From the human T2T-CHM13v2.0 reference genome, Homo sapiens: 64,000 nt of DNA. Location: NCBI RefSeq assembly GCF_009914755.1, contig NC_060944.1; one strand, written 5' to 3'. A model generated the notes under the pieces. It was given only the letters and a program-made list of their open reading frames with translations, had not been told where the DNA came from and did not search any database. The translations under genes and the position numbers were made by a program. Within the stretch, counting starts at the first letter, position 1. Every line of letters begins with the position of its first letter. Positions 56,600 through 64,000 of the stretch are shown piece after piece.

Positions 56600-59450
56600 C
56601 AAATATTAGGGGTTTTATTTTTAGTGAAACATTTCAAACATACAGGAATAGATAATTATGTAATGAACACTCGTATGTCCACCATCTGGCTTTGTAAAAT
56701 CTTAAAATTATGTCTTATGTGCTCAATTGTTTTATTTCATAAAAGATACTGATAAACATAGCTGAAGTCACTTGTATACCATTCACCTTCTTCCCTGTAG
56801 ATTACTATGAACTCGATCTTTTTATTCTCATACATATTTTTTGTATTTTTGCAGTATATTTATGTGTTCATAAACAATATGTAATTTTACAATATGTAAC
56901 ACACTAGTAACATACTAATTTAAAACTTGTTTTTAGTTTACAATATGTTGTAAACTATTGTAAGCTAAAGACATATTGTACAACCTATTGTAAAATAAAA
57001 ACAGGTTTTAGTTTTAAATTAGGTATGTTACTGGGATCATTCTGCAACTTGTTTATTCCTCTCCAGCTTTGATTTTGTGGTTTTATTATCTTAACCTACA
57101 CTTTTAATTAATCCATTTTATTTGTTACATGGTATTCTATTATATCATAAAAACTTATCTATTCTGTTGGTTTTTGTTGTTGGTCATTTGAGACCATGTC
57201 TTCGCTCTGTCACCCAGGCTGGAGTACAGTGGCGTGATCTTGGCTCACTGTGACCTCTGCCTCCCGGATTCAAGTGGTTTTGGTGCCTCAGCCTCCTGAG
57301 TAGCTGGGATTATAGGCGTGTGCCACCATGCCCAGCTAATTTTTGTATTTTTAATAGAGACGGGATTTCACCATGTTGGCCAGGCTGGTCTTGAACTGAC
57401 CTCAAGTGATCTGCTCACCTCAGCCGCACAAAGTGCTGGGATTACAGGTGTTAGCCACCATACCCTGCCTCTATTCTCTTGTTAAGAGGCATTTAGCATG
57501 GTTATACAGTCTCTTGCCCTCATAAACAGTGCTGGAAGAAACACATGTTTCTTGTGTATATGAATGAAAATTTGTTTTATACATTAGATATTTCCAAATT
57601 GTTCTCTTAAGTACTTCAGTTTACATCATTACTCTCCTCCTCCCTCCCCTCCCACCCCCACCCACAACAGTATTCCTCTTTTTCCATATCCTTGCTAATG
57701 TTTCTAAAGTTTTGCTTTTTACATTTGGGTCTTAGATCCACTAGAATGTATTTTTGCATTGGGATGAAGTTGAAACCTAATATATTTTCCAAATGAGTAA
57801 ACTGTTGTCACAGAACTATTTAGTTGTATTACCTCCTCTCTTGTATATCAGATATATCTACATATATGTCAGACTGTTTCTGGGCTGTCTGTCCTCTTTA
57901 ATTAGTTCGTGTATCTGTTTCTGCATCAGTAGCATACTGTCTTAACTACTGTAGCTTTATAAAGTCTATTGAGTAGGACAAGTTTGTTTCATTCTTCAAA
58001 ATTGCTTTGGCTATTCTTGGCCCTCTGCTGTTTCATATTAACTTTCAGATAAACTTGTCAAATTCTAATGAAAACTGTTGATAAACTTGTTGATTAACAA
58101 ATTCTAATAAAAACTGTTGAGATTTTTATTGGAATTGCAATACATTTATAGATTAACGGAGAAAGATATTGACAATACAATTGAGTTTCCAATTCACGAA
58201 CATGTTATACCTCTCCATTAATTCATGTCTTTTGAATGTATCCACCAATATGGTTTTGTAATTTTCTTCATAAAGGTTTTACATTTAAAAAATTCTTATT
58301 TTTAAGTGATCTTATAGTTTTTATTGCTAATGTGAATGAGATTTTTTTCCATTATGTTTCTGTTGGTTATTCCTGAAGTGGTAATGCTTATAATTTTGGG
58401 GTGTTGGTCTTGTATCTGGCAGCAGATACAAGAGGTGCTCAGAGTTGTTCAGGGTTGCTGAACTCTTAGTTCTAAAAGTGTCTGTCATTTGGGGTTTCTA
58501 TGTAGATAATTTAATTATCTATAAAAACAGTTCTTCATTTTCAGTTCATATATTTCATATTTCTTTAAGTTTTAATTTTTATTTTTAAACACAATTATCC
58601 ATAAAACCCTAACCCTTTCCCTAGTCAACAGCAGTCACAGCCAAATGTTTTATTAATTGCTATACTCAGTGTTTCTTGTATCTCATACCTTCTGGGGTTT
58701 CTTGTTTTGTTGAAATACACCCTTTAATGTTTCTTTAGTGAAGACCCAACAGTGGCACTCACTCACCTTTGTTTACCTGAAAATTTCTTTATTTTCATCT
58801 TAATTCATAGTCTGTCTTTTCTCCAGTCAAGGAAGTGTCTTATAGGGAAGATTCTGGTTTCACTATGCTGTATCCAGGGATATATATGTATTTATAGATA
58901 GACTTTTAATCTGAGGACTAATGTATTTTATCCTACAGTATTACCAATCATTATTTCTTCCATAACTTCTAGACCATTCCTTTTGTACTTCTTTTTTAGA
59001 GTCCTATTAGATGAGTGTTGACACTTTTCAATCTAGACATCTTTTTTAAACTATATTTTCATACTCTTTGTCTCTTTAGGTCTGATTTTTTAAGTTCAGG
59101 GGAATATTTCATTTTGGGTGAGTTGTAGCACTCACTTCCAATTCACTAATTCTAATTATATTTAATCTACAAGTTATTCCATCTATAATTTATTTCAATT
59201 ACCACTTTTTGTTTTCAAAATTTCTAATTTTATATCTGATTTTGTTTCATTTTTGTTTTATAATTTCATGTTCTTTCTAGATTTTACATCTTTTTATGCA
59301 TACTAAACATACTCACTTGAAAGTCTTTGTAAGATTGTTCTATAAAATGTTACCTGAAGTGAATTCATGTGCTAATTACTGTTGGCAGTTTTTCTGAGCC
59401 ATTTTCCTTGTGTCTTTTGAAATTTCTGTTTGTAAGCCCTTTTAACTGGG
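56600..59450 (-). mobile_element. Degraded L1M/L1ME remnants
   Basis: T-rich antisense L1 motifs (ACTGTCTTAACTACTGTAGCTTTAT, TTGGCTATTCTTGGCCCT, TTTTTATTGGAATTGCA); boundaries approximate. Confidence 0.7.
57171..57469 (-). mobile_element. Alu (AluS)
   Basis: Antisense dimer; TCTATTCT on both flanks. Confidence 0.93.
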
Positions 59451-59602
59451 AGGTGTTTTTTGCTTATGTACTGTTCTCTTTTCTTCCCCTTCTTCTCCTT
59501 CTCTGTTCATTACTTTTTGTCTTGGAGGGAGTCTCTTAGCCCAGCTCAGCCCAAGCTAATAAGGCCCCTGACTTCAAGTCCCCCCTTCTTGCATGGAGCA
59601 AG

Positions 59603-59664
59603 AAGTGATCCTCCTGTCTCAGCCTCCCAAAGTGCTGGGTAGGCGTGAGCCACCACATCCAGCC
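59603..59664 (-). mobile_element. Alu head fragment (~60 nt)
   Basis: AAGTGATCCTCCTGTCTCAGCCTCCCAAAGTGCTGGG...GAGCCACCACATCCAGCC. Confidence 0.85.
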
Positions 59665-60999
59665 TAGAGCACTTACATTGCTACATATTTGGAGCAAACA
59701 TAATTAAAGTATGACTTACTGTGACCCAGCAGTCAATAACAGATACGTTTTTGTAATAGAATGTTGAAGGGTGGTAACTGGTGGTTTTACTTCATGGAGG
59801 GCTTTAGGTCGGCTATATGGGAAGCTGCCATCATGATGCTTTTGTTCTACACATTTCTGCTCAGCCTCCAGAGATGTCTCCTATTCTAAGAGTCGTCTTT
59901 GTTTACTCTTGTGTCTATATTTTACTTACTTAATTCCCTCACATAATAGTGTATCATTGTATCCCATCTGTGCTCTATCAAGAAATGTAGCACAAGCATG
60001 ATGTGAACTATGAATTTTCGACAATTTAAAAAATTAAAGGAATCATTCAGGGGTAAAAAGCACAAAGTTGTAGAACAGCTGAAGTGTGTTCTTTTTATGT
60101 ATCCTGTCTTTGCCCCCTTTCTGGAAACTTGGATTGGCCTACTTGCAGTCACTGTCACAGTTACACTACTTCTAGCCTCAAAGGTCATTGAAAGGATTGG
60201 GATTTTTGAGAACCACAATAACACTTGCTCTAGGTACTGAAAAGGTTGTCCTGAACTCATTCATATCTTTTTATGTTCATCCCAGTTTGTTTTTGCTTTT
60301 CCCCCCAGGATTTTGATTACACAGACATCTTGCAAGCATATTTCCATTCTTTCTTTCCCACTCTGTGCCTGGTGCCCGTAGGATCTGAAATAGCATTGGA
60401 ATGACAGCTAGCCTTCTGGAACCTGTAGTTTCAACCAAAGAAACTCTGATTCCAGATAACCCAGGAGTTTCTTATCCTGCATAATCTAGGAGTTTACAAA
60501 AAGGCTGCTTATGGGTACTCACTGCTAAGTACAATCCACTGCCAAGTTTGGAAGCATTACCTGCTCTCACAACCCAGGGAAAGTAGCCCTTAGTAAAATT
60601 CAGGTTTTTTCAAACCAGCCTTAACCTTACAAACAGAATTTATCATCATGATTTTTCTTTCAAATGCAGTACAGCAAACTTTAGGATCAATGTTGACATC
60701 GTATTGCGTTTAGTCCTGTTAAAATACTCTCAGTGCCAAATACACACTTCTGCCTTTTTTCTCTTTAGAGTCTAGAATTCTGTGGGGTTCCAAAAATGTA
60801 TGTGCTTACAACCTTTTATATGTAACCACCTAGGGATTAAAGGGCTAAATGTGAAGGAAAGTATCTTTACAATATTCATCTTGGGAAGCTCTCATTTTGG
60901 TGAGTTCTATTAGAGAAAATAAGACACAAGCTCATTAAAAATATATATATATTCTGAGCCTGGCATCTTGGTATAAAATTCAAAACGTTTTAAATCTAT

Positions 61000-62110
61000 T
61001 TATTAGTAAGACTAACATAGACCTAAGTGTGAAGACTAAAATATTAAAGCTTGTAGGTGATATCATGGTTGAATATGACCTTAGAGTAGATTCCTTAGGA
61101 CAGAAAAACACCAACAAGAGAAACAATTGACTAAATGGACTTCATTAAAATTAAAAATTTATGTTCAACAAAAGACACTGCTAAAATAAATACAGAATTT
61201 ACAGACTAAAAGAAAATATTTGCAACATGTTTATCTGAAAGGGCTTATATCCAGACTATACAAAGAATTCCTGTAGCTCCATAATAAAAAAACAGACATC
61301 CCATCCGCATAATAAAAAGAGCAAAAGACTTGAACATATACTATACAAAAGAAGATACAGGAATGGTCAATAAATAAGCAAATGAAAGAGTGCTCGACAT
61401 CACTAATTATCAGTGGAGTGAAGATTTAACCACAGGGAGATACGAATTCCAGTTCTAGGTATTTTTACCTCAAGTGAAATAAAAACATTTATCCATGAAA
61501 AAACTTGTACAAGAATGTTCATAGCAGTGCTCTATTCATAAGAGTGCAAAACTGGAAACATCCCAGAATAGATAACACATTATGGTATAGTCATAGAATA
61601 TACTATATTTATCAGCAGTTAAGAAGGGAACTACTTATGTATTCAACAACATGGATGAATCTTAAAAACATGGTTAAGGGCCAGGTGCGGTTGGTGCATG
61701 CCTGTAATCCAAGCACTCTGGGAGGCCAAGGCGGGTGGATCACTTCAGGTCAGGAGTTCGAGACCAGCCTGGCCAACATGGCGAAACACCGTCTCTACAA
61801 AAAAATACAAAAATTAGCCGAGGGTGGCGCACACCTGTAATCTCAGCTATTCAGGAGGCTGAGACATGGGAATCGCTTGAACCTGAGGGGTAGAGGTTGC
61901 ACTGAGCCGAGATTGCATCACTGTACTCCAGCCTGGTGACAGAGCGAGACGCTGTCTCAGAGGGAAAAAAAAAAGTTAAAAAGGCAGACAGAGGAGTCTG
62001 TATTGTATGATTCTATTTATATAATCTAGACTAGGCAAAATTTATCCATGATGATAGTAATCAGATTGAAGGATCAGTGGTTGCTTGGTGGAAATTGACT
62101 GAGAAGGGAA
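61000..62110 (+). mobile_element. L1M 3' remnant with nested Alu
   Basis: GGACTTCATTAAAATTAAAAA...AAAATATTTGCAA...CAACAACATGGATGAATCTT. Confidence 0.8.
61679..61973 (+). mobile_element. Alu (AluS)
   Basis: Full sense Alu. Confidence 0.95.
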
Positions 62111-63251
62111 ATAGTCATGTAAGAATACTGGCAAATGTCCTCTTCCCCATTACAAACGTCTGAGAAAGTTACTAGAAAACAGAATCCAATTTGCCTTCTC
62201 ACCCCCAACTTTGTAATCTTGAATCCAGATCCTGATTCCACCCAACCACTCTGCTGAATGGATAGCAGCTATATTAGAGAGACAATATAGTGGGCCTACT
62301 AGTTTTAAAAAGTCATCCAAAGAATGTCATCTACAATCAGTTAAATTAGATTTTTACCCATTACTGAAGTGTGATTGAATTAGGGAAAGAGGAGAGGTGG
62401 TCAAAGGCAGCCTTCTCCAGTGGATTCCTTGTCTTCTTGAGATGGTTTTGTGAGACCTTGCCTGGAAGACCTAGGTGGATAGTTTATTTTCTAAAAGTAG
62501 TCAAGAAAGCTTGTTCAGGGCATTGAACACTGCAGGGACAAGCATACTTCTTGGAGGCCAGCCATCTCCTGCTGGATCTAAGCGGGGTGGCTTCTGCCTC
62601 CACCTCCATCTCAGCTTATTTGAGAGAATCCTAGATCCTTGGTGCAGAAGCCCAGCCAGCCTGTGAAGAAAAGTTGGTCTGGTAGTATCCTGTGAATGAC
62701 GTGCGGGTTGGGTTTTTCTAAATCTCGTTTACCTGACTCCTACCTTACATTCCAGTGGTGTGACTAAGGAACTGAGCAAACGTAACCCTAGGGGACTTTG
62801 AGACAGGCTTTGGTAGTCCATGTGCACTAGAGTGAGGGGAAAGAGGCCACTCCAGAGTTGGGTACTCTACTGTTGAAGGTGAGCCTTTTGTGTCCAATTT
62901 TTCCGTGCATGTGTAAGAACAGTTGTCATGGAGATTTACTACTGACTTGTGCATGAGGACAGCTTATATCTCACCTTTTCTTATTCACCCTGTTAAATGT
63001 CAAAATGTACTAAGACTTAGGTATTTTTTCTGTGTCACCAACTACTAAATCACCCACCCATGATAGCAGGTAGTTACTGAAACTCTTGTAGCCAAACAAG
63101 TGCATAACACTGGTACACATGATGTGAGAGTGCAGATGACTCCTTAGCTTAACTGTGTAAGCTTTTAATTTCTGAGTACTTTTAGGATTGAGAAGTGGAA
63201 GACATTCTTGCTCTAGGTATCTCATGCTTCTGCACACCCAGAAGGCTGGTT

Positions 63252-63322
63252 GCGCCCCCACCCCACCCCCCGCCCCCTTTTTTTTTTTTTTTGATAGGGT
63301 CATGCTCTGTTGCCCAGGCTGA
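63252..63322 (-). mobile_element. Ultra-short 5'-truncated Alu insertion with a G-rich tail extension
   Basis: About 30 nt of Alu 3' end, T15 and C tracts between AAGGCTGGTT direct repeats. Confidence 0.8.
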
Positions 63323-64000
63323 AAGGCTGGTTATCTTCACCACAGGTCTTATGTCTCAAGGACCACGGGTCCACGTCATAGTCAGGAACCAGGCATGTGT
63401 GGGCAGAAATCACTACCACTTTCCTTTGTTGCGGGTGGGGAAATTAAGAGCAGAGATTCTTGGATTCTTAAATTCCTTCTCTATGTTTATGTCATCTAGT
63501 CTGTTTTATGCTGTTTTATGTAATTCCCTGCTTCTGGATTTCTTGAATTTTTTTCCCCTTCTCACTTGTCATAATTGGCTCTTGCTTGTGAGTCTATTTT
63601 CATTCAGCTTGGTAGCAGAAGTCTTCTTCACTATTGTTTAGATTCAGTTTTCACATGGTTTTAGTAACCCTTCATTGGGTTTAGAATCAACTTTTAACCC
63701 TTCCACCAAAAGCTCTTATTTTTTTAAAGGCTTCCCAGAAACATAGTTTCTCTCAATCTCATCAAGAAATGCTTTTAAATGCAGAAGTTAGAAAATGGTG
63801 AATAATTATGGCTGTTCCTGGAAGTCATTGTGTCCTTAGTAATTACATGTTGTAGTCTTTGGTTCTGCTTCTTTGACAGCTCCACCACACTGTAATTTAA
63901 TGGAATTCACTTAGATTTAATGGAATTCAGTCCTGGTAGAAAACTGCTATTGGGTCACAGAGTTGGCAGCAAGGCTGTGAAATTGATGTGGGAATGGGGG

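Noticed and set aside
58049-63929. Small tandem duplications at 58049-58119 and 63895-63929
   Set aside because: Ordinary two-copy slippage products; no regular repeat-spacer pattern, so nothing CRISPR-like.

Overview
This is primate (almost certainly human) genomic DNA from inside the DNA topoisomerase I gene, TOP1, on the + strand. The window starts in intron 2, contains 11 consecutive GT-AG coding exons (exons 3-13, codons ~20-436) and ends in intron 13. The spliced exons read without stops as the known TOP1 N-terminal domain plus core subdomains I/II. The remaining ~98% is intronic and filled with recognisable repeats: about 26 Alus or Alu fragments, L1, L2, MIR, THE1 and MLT1 solo LTRs, and MER2, MER44/Tigger, MER5 and MER58 DNA-transposon remnants. 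Nearly all ORFs in the supplied track are repeat-derived or random. I see no new protein-coding gene, RNA gene or CRISPR-like system. The most unusual structure is a non-Alu inverted duplication in intron 13 (275-bp arms, ~94% identical, 215-bp spacer) whose junctions record a template-switch or inversion event. Other leads are a second AT-rich fold-back nearby, Alu arrangements that predict specific circular RNAs with unusual reading frames, a near-perfect 116-bp tandem duplication inside an Alu, and a G-quadruplex motif inside a tiny retro-insertion. Repeat subfamily calls and exon numbers come from recalled consensus sequences and gene structure, not from database searches.
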